Assembly (NCBI GenBank): GCA_963677925.2
Contig: CAXXYH010000004.1
Span: 640,001 to 704,000, forward strand
Direction: 5' to 3'
From: Spirochaetia bacterium
Lineage (GTDB): Bacteria; Spirochaetota; Spirochaetia; UBA9216
DNA: 64,000 bases
Shown: piece after piece, positions 1-10,041 of the stretch
How the letters are laid out: every line of letters begins with the position of its first letter
How positions within the stretch are numbered: the stretch's first letter is position 1
The notes under the pieces: model-generated
What the model saw: the letters and a program-made list of their open reading frames with translations, nothing else
Database searches by the model: none
Told to the model about the DNA's origin: nothing
Made by a program: the position numbers and the translations under genes

Positions 1-2
1 CT

Positions 3-674
3 GATCTAAAACCCGGTACCGAAGTTATTTACAGCTGTACCGGTTATATTCTTCTTGCGCAGGTGCTGCGCAAAATTTCAGGGATGTCGCTGGCGGAGGT
101 TTTTCATAAACTTATACTAGAGCCTTTAGGAATTACAGATTTGATGTTCAAGCCTGCCGGGGGTGATAAACTGCGCTGTGCGTCTACCGAGTTCTGCAGC
201 TGGAGATGCCGGCAGCTTAAGGGTGAAGTACATGATGAAAACTCCTGGTGTCTTGGGGGCGAGGGCGGAAATGCAGGACTCTTCGGAACAGCAGAGGCAG
301 TAACCTCAATTGCCGATCTCTTCATTCATGACGGAGTCTTAAACGGAAGGCAGATTCTGAAACCGGAGTCCGTACGAAAAATGACCTCAACCCAATCCGG
401 AGGTCTTCAGCCTTCGAGAGCCCTGGGTTTCCTCACACAGTCGGCCGAGTCCTTTGCCGGTCCTGGATTCAGTTCGGCATCCTTCGGCCATACCGGTTTT
501 ACAGGCACAAGCCTCTGGATAGATCCCGTAATGGGACTTAAGGTTACTGCTTTGACAAACCGTGTTAATTTTGGAAGGGATAATACCGCCGATAAAATTA
601 AAGTATTCAGACTTGAACTGCACAGCCGGATAAGACAGCTTTTTAGTGAGCTTCCTGCAAATTTCAATAATTAA
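3..674 (+). CDS. Serine hydrolase, beta-lactamase/class C family (AmiE-like), 5' truncated by the window edge
   Basis: Frame is open from base 3 (DLKPGTEVIYSCTGYILLAQV...). Contains GEVHDEN, GNAGLF and FGHTGFTGTSLWIDP motifs. Lies beside peptidoglycan-recycling genes. Confidence 0.85.
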   Translation, partial: DLKPGTEVIYSCTGYILLAQVLRKISGMSLAEVFHKLILEPLGITDLMFKPAGGDKLRCASTEFCSWRCRQLKGEVHDENSWCLGGEGGNAGLFGTAEAVTSIADLFIHDGVLNGRQILKPESVRKMTSTQSGGLQPSRALGFLTQSAESFAGPGFSSASFGHTGFTGTSLWIDPVMGLKVTALTNRVNFGRDNTADKIKVFRLELHSRIRQLFSELPANFNN

Positions 675-1872
675 AAAAATTATCCCATTGCCGGTCAAGG
701 ATTGAAAGCGAATCCTTCAGCGGTTTAACAGTGTATCTTCTTTCAGAGTCTTCATTCAGGAGTTTCAGAGCCTTAAGTTTTGCCAGTGCATCATCGCACT
801 CGAAGTCCATTACGCAGCCGTGTTTCTCTTGCATCCATTTTTCAATACGGCTGTCGAGCTCACCTTCAGTCAGCGGATTTTCAGCTGTGTGCAGGAAGTA
901 GTAGGCGAGATAGGTTTCCTTGCATTCCTCTTCTTCGGCCGAATCTATCAGCGAATAAAATACTCCTGCATTGTTTACCATATTTCTGAAATAAAGATTG
1001 TCGCTGAGTTCTTTCTGAAAAAGGAACTTTTTAGTTTTATATTTACTCCACTGTTTAAAGAGAAAGCCGCCCAGGGCTCCAAGAGCTGAAAATACTGCAA
1101 TAGCCTGCTTTAGCTGATTTTCTTCAACTGTCCCCTTTATCCCAAGATATGCGCTGATGATTACGAAGGCGACTATAAGTGCGGGAACAACCTTTGTTAC
1201 CATAAGCGGTATTCCGGCTGCAACCGCAGGTACTGCCAGCATCAGCTTGTCCTTCAGGCTCATTATTACCCTTGAGTTCGGAAAAAGAATCTCAAGGTCT
1301 TCAAGAGGGACATCCTTGAACATCTTTATAAAGGTAATCCCCTCCTGTTCATCCGTCTTCTTGAGACGTGCAAAGAGAACTACCCTCTCAAGTATTTCAT
1401 GCTCATGCTCGGTAGTTTTAAACCCGAACAGGCGTTTTACTGTAAATTTATCCTTTCTTCTGCCGCGGGCGTAAATCCTTGCGTAATCATAATCGTTGAA
1501 ATCGATTTTAACACTGAAGTTGACTAGGGCGTTATCGTTGAATGCGCTTTCAATTTCCTCCTTGGGGATTACATTGAAGTTGGCATCATTCAATATCTTC
1601 TGCAGCGTAAGGTCCAGTTTCCGGTTGGAGTCTTCGATCTCTGCTGCGGATGGTGCCGCAGCCTTTTTAAGGTCGGGGTTTATCGGAAAGTAAGCGTCCT
1701 TCAGCTCTTCAAGATCTTTATGAAAGCTGAAATGAAAAATACTTTCAATGATTTCGCAGATAAGACCGAACTCTTTGCTGTCTTCCTCTGATTTAAATTT
1801 CTGTTCATCAAGAATCATGCCGATGATATCCCTCTTGCGGAAGGGGATATACCGTTCTTTCTGTGTTGCCAT
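664..1872 (-). CDS. DUF3754 / TMEM143-family membrane protein
   Basis: N-terminal ERYIPF, then LKDAYFPINPD, KMFKDVPLEDLEILFP, two TM helices, LYFRNMVNNAGV, DSAEEEECKE and DFECDDALAKL, recognised as TMEM143/DUF3754 motifs. Confidence 0.75.
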   Translation of the reverse strand: MATQKERYIPFRKRDIIGMILDEQKFKSEEDSKEFGLICEIIESIFHFSFHKDLEELKDAYFPINPDLKKAAAPSAAEIEDSNRKLDLTLQKILNDANFNVIPKEEIESAFNDNALVNFSVKIDFNDYDYARIYARGRRKDKFTVKRLFGFKTTEHEHEILERVVLFARLKKTDEQEGITFIKMFKDVPLEDLEILFPNSRVIMSLKDKLMLAVPAVAAGIPLMVTKVVPALIVAFVIISAYLGIKGTVEENQLKQAIAVFSALGALGGFLFKQWSKYKTKKFLFQKELSDNLYFRNMVNNAGVFYSLIDSAEEEECKETYLAYYFLHTAENPLTEGELDSRIEKWMQEKHGCVMDFECDDALAKLKALKLLNEDSERRYTVKPLKDSLSILDRQWDNFFNY

Positions 1873-1889
1873 CTTGGTCTCCTGCGGGT

Positions 1890-2756
1890 TCAGGAACGTT
1901 CGTGAAGTCTCTTCAGTCCTTTTACCGCCCCGGTAAGTTCAAGATAATTCTTGATTTCGGGATAGTCCTCGGAAGCTATTCCTGTGAACAGTATATCAAT
2001 AATATTCAGCTGGGCAATACGTGATGAGCTTGCGGCAGACCGCATACTGGTTTCCGGAGAAGATATATGAAGATTGATATCAGCTTTTTCACTGAGGGTG
2101 CTGCTCCCGTATCTGGTGATAGCAATCGTAACTGCACCTGCGGCTTTCGCTATATCCATCAGTTCAACAACATCCCTTGTTTCTCCGGAATACGATATGA
2201 AAACAGCAGCATCTCCTGGAGTAAGCAGTGTTGCTGATGTTGCCTGCAGGTGGGTGTCTGCGTAGGCGTTTGCGAAGCGGTTGATCCGCATAAACTTCTG
2301 CTGGGCGTCAAGGGCTACAAGACCCGAAGCTCCTGTTCCGTAGAAGTCAATTCTTCCGGCTCTTCGGAGGGCTTCGATAGCTTTTTCCACTTCGTTTTTA
2401 TCAAGCACCTTTATGGTGTCCTCTATTGCCTGTTTATTGTTATGAGAAATATTTCTGATAATTGTTTCAAGATCATCACCGGCCTTAATGTCTGTATACT
2501 GTTTGTCAGCGGAGTTTTCCCTGGATAATGCAATATCGGTGGCCATTTTCAGGGCGAACTCCCTGTATCCCTCAAAGCCGAGGGTCTTGCAGAAACGGAT
2601 TATTGCCGCCTTTGAGGCTCCGCTTAGATCTGCAAGTTCGCCAATTGAAAGTCCTACTGAATTATCAGGATTGTGCATTACATAGGATGCAACTTTCCGC
2701 TCCGAGGGGGTGAGCCCGGAATAGGATTCTTTTATTTTTAACAGGCAACCGTTCAT
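1890..2756 (-). CDS. MurR/RpiR-family transcriptional regulator (HTH + SIS)
   Basis: LTPSERKVASY...SIGELA...SKAAIIRFCKTLGFEGY HTH. SIS motifs GTGAS, ISYSGET and SSRIAQL. Confidence 0.93.
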   Translation of the reverse strand: MNGCLLKIKESYSGLTPSERKVASYVMHNPDNSVGLSIGELADLSGASKAAIIRFCKTLGFEGYREFALKMATDIALSRENSADKQYTDIKAGDDLETIIRNISHNNKQAIEDTIKVLDKNEVEKAIEALRRAGRIDFYGTGASGLVALDAQQKFMRINRFANAYADTHLQATSATLLTPGDAAVFISYSGETRDVVELMDIAKAAGAVTIAITRYGSSTLSEKADINLHISSPETSMRSAASSSRIAQLNIIDILFTGIASEDYPEIKNYLELTGAVKGLKRLHERS

Positions 2757-2757
2757 A

Positions 2758-4254
2758 TCAGACCTCTTTTTTTCCGCTCAAAAAACTGATCACTGCTTTC
2801 TGCTGATCGGGGGTATAGCCGAATGAACACCAGGCATTTCTTATTCCGGTGATATCGGCATCCCATGGATTCCGGAGGGCTATCATATAAAATTCTTTTG
2901 AAGCCTCCGCAAGTGCTGTGATTAGATTAGATATATTATCATCAAGATAAGCATTTTCGGTAAAAATCAGATTAATTTTTTCTCCGGCTGCAATTAAAAG
3001 CCTCTTTTTTGTCTCTTCTGTTGTTGATTCGCTGTTTATTTCAAGAAGAGGACACTCAGCAAGTTCTGCAGCCTTGACCGCTGCGTAGAACAGTCCCTGA
3101 CCTTCCTCTTCAACCAGGACAAGTCTCTGACGTTTCATGGAAAAAATGTTTTGCACTGATGAAAGAGGGGGAAGGGGTGCTTCTTTTTTTATACATTCTA
3201 TGGACTTCACAGCGAGTCTTGCCGCTGTTGCTGCACTTTCGGCGTTTTTTATTTTCCCTGTACCCTGTTTCAGTATACCCTCACAGGGAGATAGGATTCT
3301 GTTGATTCTCTCCAGTGATTCAAGATAACGGCGGTAAAGATACTCATCTTTCCGGACAGTATCGTCAAGCGCTTTAAATGCATTAATCTGATTTTTTGTT
3401 CCCTCGCAGATGGAAAGGATGTCCATTCCGGCGCGAAATGTGTTTATGACCAGTTCTTCAGTTGAGCTGCTGTTTGCCACTCCGCCCATGTTCAGATCAT
3501 CGGCAAGCAGCAGTCCGTCAAACCCCAGCTCCTTTCGGACTATTCCGGTAAGCACTTCAGATGAAACAGTCACGGCCTCTTTCCTGTTTTGAATTGAAGG
3601 AATGTAGATGTGGGTAGGCATCCAGCAGGGGCAGTCAATTTCAATGAAGGGCTGAAGATCGGTATCAAAAAGCTCTTCACGGCTGATATCAAGAACGGGA
3701 AGATCTATGTGCGGGTCTACAGATGCTCCACCCAGTCCGGGAAAGTGTTTAAGGCAGGAGAGAACCCCTGCATCACTGAGCCCTTTAACAAATGCCCGCG
3801 CACAGCTGATTACTTCTTCTTTCCGGGTCCCGAAGCTTCGTATTCCAATACCCCGGTTCATCGGATTCCGGTTGATATCAACAACCGGGGCCAGATCCCA
3901 GTCGATTCCAACCGCCATCATTTCTGTTCCCAGAATAAAAGCTGCCTCATAGGCTGCGGTTTCTCCGCCGGCCCGGGCGAGGGCCATAGGTCCCGGCATC
4001 ACGGTGAAGCCTTCAGTCAGCCTTGTTACAATGCCGCCTTCCTGGTCAATTGCAAAAACGGGCTTTCTGCCCATGAAGGATGTTATGTCTGAAATAAGCC
4101 CGGCAAGCTGCTGCGGATTGACAATGTTGCGGCCGAAAAAAATAATCGACAAAGGGTCAACAGTTTCAAGAAGTACTTTTGTTTCATTATCTAGTTCAGG
4201 ACCCGGTATACCGAGCATGAACAATCTTCCTGTGTTTATCTCTGCAGTGTTCAT
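2758..4254 (-). CDS. nagZ: GH3 beta-N-acetylglucosaminidase
   Basis: IDQEGGIVTR, APVVDI, RSFG, KHFPGLG...VDPH (Asp-x-His dyad) and DDLNM nucleophile motif. Confidence 0.9.
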   Translation of the reverse strand: MNTAEINTGRLFMLGIPGPELDNETKVLLETVDPLSIIFFGRNIVNPQQLAGLISDITSFMGRKPVFAIDQEGGIVTRLTEGFTVMPGPMALARAGGETAAYEAAFILGTEMMAVGIDWDLAPVVDINRNPMNRGIGIRSFGTRKEEVISCARAFVKGLSDAGVLSCLKHFPGLGGASVDPHIDLPVLDISREELFDTDLQPFIEIDCPCWMPTHIYIPSIQNRKEAVTVSSEVLTGIVRKELGFDGLLLADDLNMGGVANSSSTEELVINTFRAGMDILSICEGTKNQINAFKALDDTVRKDEYLYRRYLESLERINRILSPCEGILKQGTGKIKNAESAATAARLAVKSIECIKKEAPLPPLSSVQNIFSMKRQRLVLVEEEGQGLFYAAVKAAELAECPLLEINSESTTEETKKRLLIAAGEKINLIFTENAYLDDNISNLITALAEASKEFYMIALRNPWDADITGIRNAWCSFGYTPDQQKAVISFLSGKKEV

Positions 4255-5315
4255 ATGTTAAGGCCTATTCCCGGATTTTGGGAAAAGTATATGTCCGCGC
4301 CGCGGTATTCTACCCCGCCATCTTCTGTTTTTGTTTTACAGAGCAGGGGAACATCAAGATCGGCATATTTTACGTTTCTTACCGCGGTTGCAAAGTGGGC
4401 TGCTGCGGAAACTCCGGCATGACTTTCCATCATGCATCCTGTCATACAGAAGACTCCTGCGGCTTCGGCCAGGTTTGCAATTTTAACTGCTTCTGCAATG
4501 CCTCCGCACTTTGCGAGTTTGATATTTATTCCGTCTGCGGCTTCAGCTTCTATCAGCCTGAAGGCGTCGGTAAGAGAGAATACACTTTCATCAGCTACAA
4601 GGGGAATACCGATATTTTCGCGTACATATCGCATTCCCCTGATGTCGGCAGCCGCTACAGGCTGTTCGGCAAAATCGAGGCCTGCTCCGGCCTTCTGCGA
4701 TTCATTTATCACTTTAACCGCATCACGCGCGCTCCATCCCTGATTTGCATCAATCCTTATTACAGCTTCAGGTCCCAGGGCTTTCCGGACGGCAAGAATC
4801 CGCTCTATGTCATCCATCGGATCTTTTCCTACCTTAAGTTTGAACTCACGAAAACCCTCGTTAAAATACTCAAGAGCGTCGGAAGCCATATCGGCAGGAG
4901 AGTTCAGGCTGATTGTAAGATCGGTGCGGATGCACTCTCCTCTCCCTCCGAGGTATCGGTAAAGCGGCAGTCCGCAGGATTTTGTAAAAAGGTCGTGGAG
5001 GGCAATGTCCAGCGCGGATTTGGCGGAGGTGTTTCCGGCCATTGATTTACCGATGGAATAAAGCAGGGGCTCCAGCGATGAACAGTCTTCACCGGTAATC
5101 AGCCTTGAAATGTGTTCAAGGGCTCCCTTCAGAGAGGCTTCGGTTTCTCCGGTAATAGCAGCGGTAGGAGCGCATCCCCCTGTCCCCTTAAGCCCGGTAT
5201 CGGTAATTACTTCAACCTGAATAACCTCGAGCAGGTTCAGTGTTCTTAAAGATGTTATAAAAGGCTTTTTCAGCTCACAGCTGATATTCTTCCAGCGGAC
5301 ACTTTCTATCTTCAT
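4251..5315 (-). CDS. L-Ala-D/L-Glu dipeptide epimerase (enolase superfamily)
   Basis: ITGET, KLKVG, DANQGW, EQP, ADES, NIKLAKCGG, GCMMES and DLD motifs. Confidence 0.9.
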   Translation of the reverse strand: MKIESVRWKNISCELKKPFITSLRTLNLLEVIQVEVITDTGLKGTGGCAPTAAITGETEASLKGALEHISRLITGEDCSSLEPLLYSIGKSMAGNTSAKSALDIALHDLFTKSCGLPLYRYLGGRGECIRTDLTISLNSPADMASDALEYFNEGFREFKLKVGKDPMDDIERILAVRKALGPEAVIRIDANQGWSARDAVKVINESQKAGAGLDFAEQPVAAADIRGMRYVRENIGIPLVADESVFSLTDAFRLIEAEAADGINIKLAKCGGIAEAVKIANLAEAAGVFCMTGCMMESHAGVSAAAHFATAVRNVKYADLDVPLLCKTKTEDGGVEYRGADIYFSQNPGIGLNI

Positions 5316-5439
5316 AAAATCAGATTAACACTATTATCAGGATCTTGCCAATGAATATAAAACTTTTTATCATTAAATAGATGTTATTGTGAAAATTAGT
5401 TGTATGATATCCAGCATTTTTAATGTATTATTAATATGT

Positions 5440-6621
5440 ATGAAAAATATCATTTTATATAATGCTACGATTTTTACCGGTTTTACAGAGATTGAAAGAG
5501 GCGCAGTTGTGCTTGAAGACGGCCGTATTACCGATGTTTTCAGCGGAAAACGGTTTGAACAAAAATCGTTCGGCAGCGACTTTGAGCTGTGGGATCTGCA
5601 GGGAGCATATCTTGTTCCCGGACTGATAGATACCCATATTCACGGTCTTCACGGATACGGTACGGATGATCTGTCCACGGACTCCATACTCGGAATGAGC
5701 AGCGCAATGGCGGAATACGGTGTAACCGCCTTCTGTCCGACCCTGTATCCTCAGAATGATGAAAACTTCATGAAATCAATTGAGGCTACCGCGGCAGCAA
5801 TAGGCAAAGAGGATGGCGCCAGAATTCTGGGTCTGCACCTTGAGGGGCCGTTTATAAACCCTGAAAAGAAGGGTTCGCTTCTTGAAGAAGGCATCAGAGC
5901 GGTAAGCCTTGATTTAATGGATAAATACTATACTGCAGCCGGCGGCCGAATAACAAATATGACAGTTGCTCCTGAACTGAAGAATATGCGCGAGCTGGCC
6001 CTTTACTGCAATAAAAAGGGAATAACGCTTCAGGCCGGACACTCCAACGCCAGTTATGATCAGATGCGGGAGGGGATGGAAGCCGGAATTACCCACGCCA
6101 CCCACTTCTTCAATGCGATGAGAAGTATCCACCACCGTGATCCCGGGATTGTAGGGGCCATCCTGATTCATCCGGAGCTGACCTGCGAGCTTATCGCTGA
6201 TGGAGAGCATGTGCATCCTGCAATAGTACAGATGCTGATAAAGGAGAAGGCTGCTGACAAGATCTGCCTGGTAACCGATGCCGTTAAACCGACCTGCGTA
6301 AGATCCGGGAAGCTGATCGCAAACCGGGATGAAGTGTATCTGGGCGATGATCATGTGTTTCACCGGGTTGAAGATGATGTGATTGCAGGCTCCGCCCTGA
6401 CTATGAACAGGGCTGTAAAAAATATGGTCGGATTCGGCAGTACACCGCAGGAAGCCTTTCTTATGGCCAGTTATACACCGGCTTCTGTACTGGGTCTGTC
6501 AAAAAAAATGGGAATGCTTCTGCCGGGCAGCAACGCGAACCTGGCTGTCTATGACAAGGAATATAACTGTCTTGCTACAATTGTGGACGGAGTATTTAAA
6601 AAGAATGAGATGCGCGGTTAA
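5440..6621 (+). CDS. nagA: N-acetylglucosamine-6-phosphate deacetylase
   Basis: PGLIDTHIHG, HLEGPF, GHSNA, THFFNAM, ADGEHVHP, VTDA and IAGS. ATG 5440 preferred over upstream GTG 5389. Confidence 0.93.
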   Translation: MKNIILYNATIFTGFTEIERGAVVLEDGRITDVFSGKRFEQKSFGSDFELWDLQGAYLVPGLIDTHIHGLHGYGTDDLSTDSILGMSSAMAEYGVTAFCPTLYPQNDENFMKSIEATAAAIGKEDGARILGLHLEGPFINPEKKGSLLEEGIRAVSLDLMDKYYTAAGGRITNMTVAPELKNMRELALYCNKKGITLQAGHSNASYDQMREGMEAGITHATHFFNAMRSIHHRDPGIVGAILIHPELTCELIADGEHVHPAIVQMLIKEKAADKICLVTDAVKPTCVRSGKLIANRDEVYLGDDHVFHRVEDDVIAGSALTMNRAVKNMVGFGSTPQEAFLMASYTPASVLGLSKKMGMLLPGSNANLAVYDKEYNCLATIVDGVFKKNEMRG

Positions 6622-6631
6622 GGAGAAATAA

Positions 6632-7429
6632 TTGAGACTTATAATTCATCAGGACTATGAGGGCGTTAGTCGATGGTCAGCGGCTTATATTGCAAACAGG
6701 ATAAATGAGTTTAAGCCTTCAAAAGAAAGGCCCTTTGTATTAGGGCTCCCAACCGGATCGACACCGCTGGGGATTTACAGGGAGCTTATAAGACTCTACT
6801 CCGAGGGGAGCCTTAGTTTTAAGAATGTAGTCACTTTTAATATGGATGAATACGTCGGACTGGGACCGGAAGACGAACAGAGCTACCATCACTTTATGCA
6901 GAAGTCTCTTTTTTCTCATATTGATATACCCGAAGAGAATATTAATATCCTTGACGGCATGGCTTCCGATCCGGAAGCCGAATGCCGCAGGTATGAAGAT
7001 AAAATAAAATCCCTGGGCGGAATTGACCTCTTTCTTGGCGGTGTAGGCGCCGACGGTCACATTGCTTTCAACGAGCCCGGAAGCAGCCTGAGTTCGCGCA
7101 CGCGCCTTAAGCGGCTGACCCATGATACAAAGGTGATGAACTCAAGATTTTTCAATGATGATATCAGTCTCGTTCCCGAGATGGCATTAACTGTTGGGGT
7201 TGGTACTATTATGGATGCTGATGAGGTTCTGCTGGCGGCAAGCGGACTCAGCAAGGCGCGTGCACTTGAGAAAGCCGTTCAGCAGGGGGTAAACCACATG
7301 TGGACTGTAAGCTGTATGCAGCTGCATCCCAAGGCAATTATTGTCTGTGATGAGGACGCTACGGTGGAATTGAAGGTCGGAACTGTTAATTACTTCAAGG
7401 CGATAGAATCGCAGAGATCTCCATCCTGA
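6632..7429 (+). CDS. nagB: Glucosamine-6-phosphate deaminase
   Basis: [20 protein letters not shown] and [25 protein letters not shown] precedes the TTG start. Confidence 0.96.
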   Translation: MRLIIHQDYEGVSRWSAAYIANRINEFKPSKERPFVLGLPTGSTPLGIYRELIRLYSEGSLSFKNVVTFNMDEYVGLGPEDEQSYHHFMQKSLFSHIDIPEENINILDGMASDPEAECRRYEDKIKSLGGIDLFLGGVGADGHIAFNEPGSSLSSRTRLKRLTHDTKVMNSRFFNDDISLVPEMALTVGVGTIMDADEVLLAASGLSKARALEKAVQQGVNHMWTVSCMQLHPKAIIVCDEDATVELKVGTVNYFKAIESQRSPS

Positions 7430-7985
7430 GCTGATCTGAAATCATTTCTTTAAGTGTCAGATCCTCTGTATCCTTGATCCACCAAATCGTATAGAGCATC
7501 AGAACTGCTACCAGTCTTTTTGACAGCATTTCCGGAGAGATTGAATCAGGAATGCTTTTGCTCTGCTGTCCGCTTTTGATTATTTTTGTCAGCAGCGGTC
7601 TAATCGGCAGCAGATTTTCAATAATGGAGTCGCCGCTCTGCGGTACTATATCATTTTTGATCAGCTGAGCGACAATCGCCTTTCCCTTCCTCTCATAGTA
7701 ATCAAGCTGGAATGACATTAGTTTTTCAAGCTGTTCTGCAGTTGAGTCGGTCTCAATTTCCTGATAGTAATTGGATAAATCCTCACCCTCAATTTTCAGG
7801 ATCTCATTAATAATATCGTTTATCGAATGAAAATAATGATAAAAGGTCCCCTGAGCTACATTGGAAACGCTGCAGACTTCAACAAGAGTTGTGTTTTCAA
7901 TTCCTTTTTCTTTGATCAGGTTTATTGCCGACGTAATTATCCTGTTTTTTGTTTTTGTGCCTTTGGGGGTCTTTCCTGCTTTCAT
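7395..7985 (-). CDS. TetR/AcrR-family transcriptional regulator
   Basis: N-terminal [30 protein letters not shown]...GTFYHYF. ATG 7985 lies 6 nt after TTGAAA-17-TACTTT. Confidence 0.9.
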   Translation of the reverse strand: MKAGKTPKGTKTKNRIITSAINLIKEKGIENTTLVEVCSVSNVAQGTFYHYFHSINDIINEILKIEGEDLSNYYQEIETDSTAEQLEKLMSFQLDYYERKGKAIVAQLIKNDIVPQSGDSIIENLLPIRPLLTKIIKSGQQSKSIPDSISPEMLSKRLVAVLMLYTIWWIKDTEDLTLKEMISDQLRMEISAILSP

Positions 7986-8038
7986 TAAAAAAAAGTAACA
8001 GAAGCGCACTCATCTTTCAAGGAGTTAGTTGGAAAAAT

Positions 8039-8107
8039 CGAGAAATCCCGAAAATAATTGACATTTTACTGTATCAAGTTTAACATGAATAAAACCGAGA
8101 ATTCTCG
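8039..8107 (+). promoter_or_regulatory. Sigma70 promoter (TTGACA-17-TAACAT) flanked by two related palindromes, putative TetR operators
   Basis: -35 at 8058-8063, -10 at 8081-8086. Perfect palindrome CGAGAATTCTCG at 8096-8107 and variant CGAGAAATCCCG at 8039-8050. Confidence 0.7.
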
Positions 8108-8123
8108 AAAAAAAGGTGTGTTT

Positions 8124-9755
8124 ATGGACGGGGAAAATTATGTAATAGTCAGCAGGGCTCCGGCTATGGATTACAAAACCGATTATGTAGTCCTGCCGAA
8201 AAATTACGGAAGCCGGCAGTATTATCAGAGGAAGGATGTAAGTGCAATAATTGAAACTGTTGAATCAAACCTGAATTCGCTCAATGAGAAAACCGATTTT
8301 GTAAAAAAAATTCAGGGTCGAAGGGTCATTATCAAACCCAATTTTGTCGGTGTCTTTCACAAGGTCGGACTGAAGGTTGACGATGTTCCGCAGTCAACAG
8401 ATCCGCGGGTTATAGATGCGGTTGTAAAATACCTTAAAAAATATACTGACGATATTATTATAATAGAAGGTTCCGGAGCTCCCGTTTCGCGTCTGATGGC
8501 TAAAATAAACGGTACGGACAGAATTGTTAAACGCTATGGTATAGAGTTTCAGGCTGTTGAAGAGCTTCCTGTTGATAAGTACCTCCTTCCGAAGGCTCAG
8601 GTAATGAAGGAAGTTTTCATTCCAAGAACCTTCAGTGAGATTGTCAGAGGGGAGGCTTTCTACATCTCTCTGCCCAAGATGAAAACAAATGCCTATACCG
8701 GCGTGACTCTCGGGTTTAAAAACGCCATGGGCTGTCTTTCTCCGCATATGCGATACAGAAACCATAATTACAATATTGATAAAAAGCTTGTTGATCTCCT
8801 CTGGCTTTTTAAACCGGACCTGACAATCATTGACGGTATTATCGGTGCCGAGGGGAATGTTCCCGGACCGGTAGATCCTGTGGATGCCCGTCTGATAATA
8901 AGCGGCACAAACAGCGTTGAAACCGACAGGGTTGCTACAAGAATAATGGGACATGACCCGTCAAAGATCAGACTGATGCAGGAGGCTGACAAACTCGGGT
9001 TTAATGATCCTGACACTGTTGTTATCGGTGAGCCGGAACCCATTCCCTGGAGGCATGCTGATACAAGTCTTGTTTCAGGCAGGATTGCGGAGAAATTTCC
9101 TAATGTCAGGTTTCTTGTAGGTGCGGTAAAGAATACCGCACCCGAAATTGACAGTACCGATGTTGATATTGAAACTGTGAAGGCTATGGAACAGGCCTGC
9201 CCCGGAGGATGTCTACCTTCGGTGATTTATAATATGGAGAACTTTCTCTATTACCGCAATCTCAATCCGGAAGATGTAAGGATGACTGTTGTAATCGGAG
9301 CCGGTGCCCTTGTCGACGGCCGCAGGTTCTATTTTGATAAAGACTGCCGGGCGTACTCCGATGAGGATATAAAAGCCCTGGATGAGCCAGTAGTAGCTGT
9401 GGGTTCATGTACATGCCGCCTGAATGGAGCTGCAGATTACCAGGTTGAAGGATGCACCGCAAAGGTCTCAAGAGTTACTGAGGTATTCAATAAAGCAGCA
9501 GGCCTGCCGAATCCGATAACAAGAAGTCTGCTGTCAAATCCGCTAAATATCCCGGTGATTCTTAAGTCTCAGCGAAACCGGAAGAAACTGGCCCTGGCCG
9601 GGCATCCCATGGATGTTGAACTGTGTATTGAGGACAAGATTTTTGAAGGACGGGCTCTTACTGACGATGAAAAAAAGATGGATTATATCCGCTGTGAAAT
9701 AGAGCCGCTTACAAAAGAACAGATTAAAAAGCAGTTAAGCTATATAAAAATATAG
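8124..9755 (+). CDS. DUF362 domain Fe-S protein with Cys-rich C-terminal extension
   Basis: VIIKPN, TDPRVIDAV, ISLPKMKT, VTLGFKNAMG, IIDGIIGAEGNVP, ETD. C-terminal ACPGGC, GSCT and GCT. ATG 8124 follows AAGGTG. Confidence 0.8.
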   Translation: MDGENYVIVSRAPAMDYKTDYVVLPKNYGSRQYYQRKDVSAIIETVESNLNSLNEKTDFVKKIQGRRVIIKPNFVGVFHKVGLKVDDVPQSTDPRVIDAVVKYLKKYTDDIIIIEGSGAPVSRLMAKINGTDRIVKRYGIEFQAVEELPVDKYLLPKAQVMKEVFIPRTFSEIVRGEAFYISLPKMKTNAYTGVTLGFKNAMGCLSPHMRYRNHNYNIDKKLVDLLWLFKPDLTIIDGIIGAEGNVPGPVDPVDARLIISGTNSVETDRVATRIMGHDPSKIRLMQEADKLGFNDPDTVVIGEPEPIPWRHADTSLVSGRIAEKFPNVRFLVGAVKNTAPEIDSTDVDIETVKAMEQACPGGCLPSVIYNMENFLYYRNLNPEDVRMTVVIGAGALVDGRRFYFDKDCRAYSDEDIKALDEPVVAVGSCTCRLNGAADYQVEGCTAKVSRVTEVFNKAAGLPNPITRSLLSNPLNIPVILKSQRNRKKLALAGHPMDVELCIEDKIFEGRALTDDEKKMDYIRCEIEPLTKEQIKKQLSYIKI

Positions 9756-9768
9756 AAGAGGGTGTAAT

Positions 9769-10041
9769 ATGAAGAATCAGGCAGTAAGATATATATTTGT
9801 AATCCTTATCTGGGCGGCAGCTCTGCTTTTATGGATTATCAAAGGATGGTGGTTTATAGCCGCAGCCTTGTTTCTGCTTCATTTTTTTGAAACAATGTTT
9901 ACAGGAATCAGGACCGGAAAAGAACATGGTCTGAGCCGGGGGTATTCGATTATTATGTCAATGGCCTTCGGTATTGTCTGGTGGAAACCTCTAAATGATG
10001 AGTATAAAGAGAAAAACATTCCGGAGGACTGCGAAGAGTGA
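9769..10041 (+). CDS. Small membrane protein (about 3 TM), unknown function
   Basis: Hydrophobic 90 aa with LHFFE and FGIVWWKP. SD GAGGG. Overlaps the aor start (GTGA). Confidence 0.7.
   Translation: MKNQAVRYIFVILIWAAALLLWIIKGWWFIAAALFLLHFFETMFTGIRTGKEHGLSRGYSIIMSMAFGIVWWKPLNDEYKEKNIPEDCEE

Noticed and set aside
4278-5045. 255-aa + strand ORF, and other long antisense ORFs such as 34565-35194, 8394-8954 and 60611-61135
   Set aside because: They lie antisense to well-supported genes and have no motifs or RBS, so they are shadow ORFs.
7395-7429. 3' overlaps of convergent genes (also 664-674, 14672-14675, 50314-50339, 59840-59853)
   Set aside because: Short tail-to-tail overlaps are ordinary in compact genomes, and there is no sign of a dedicated antisense system.
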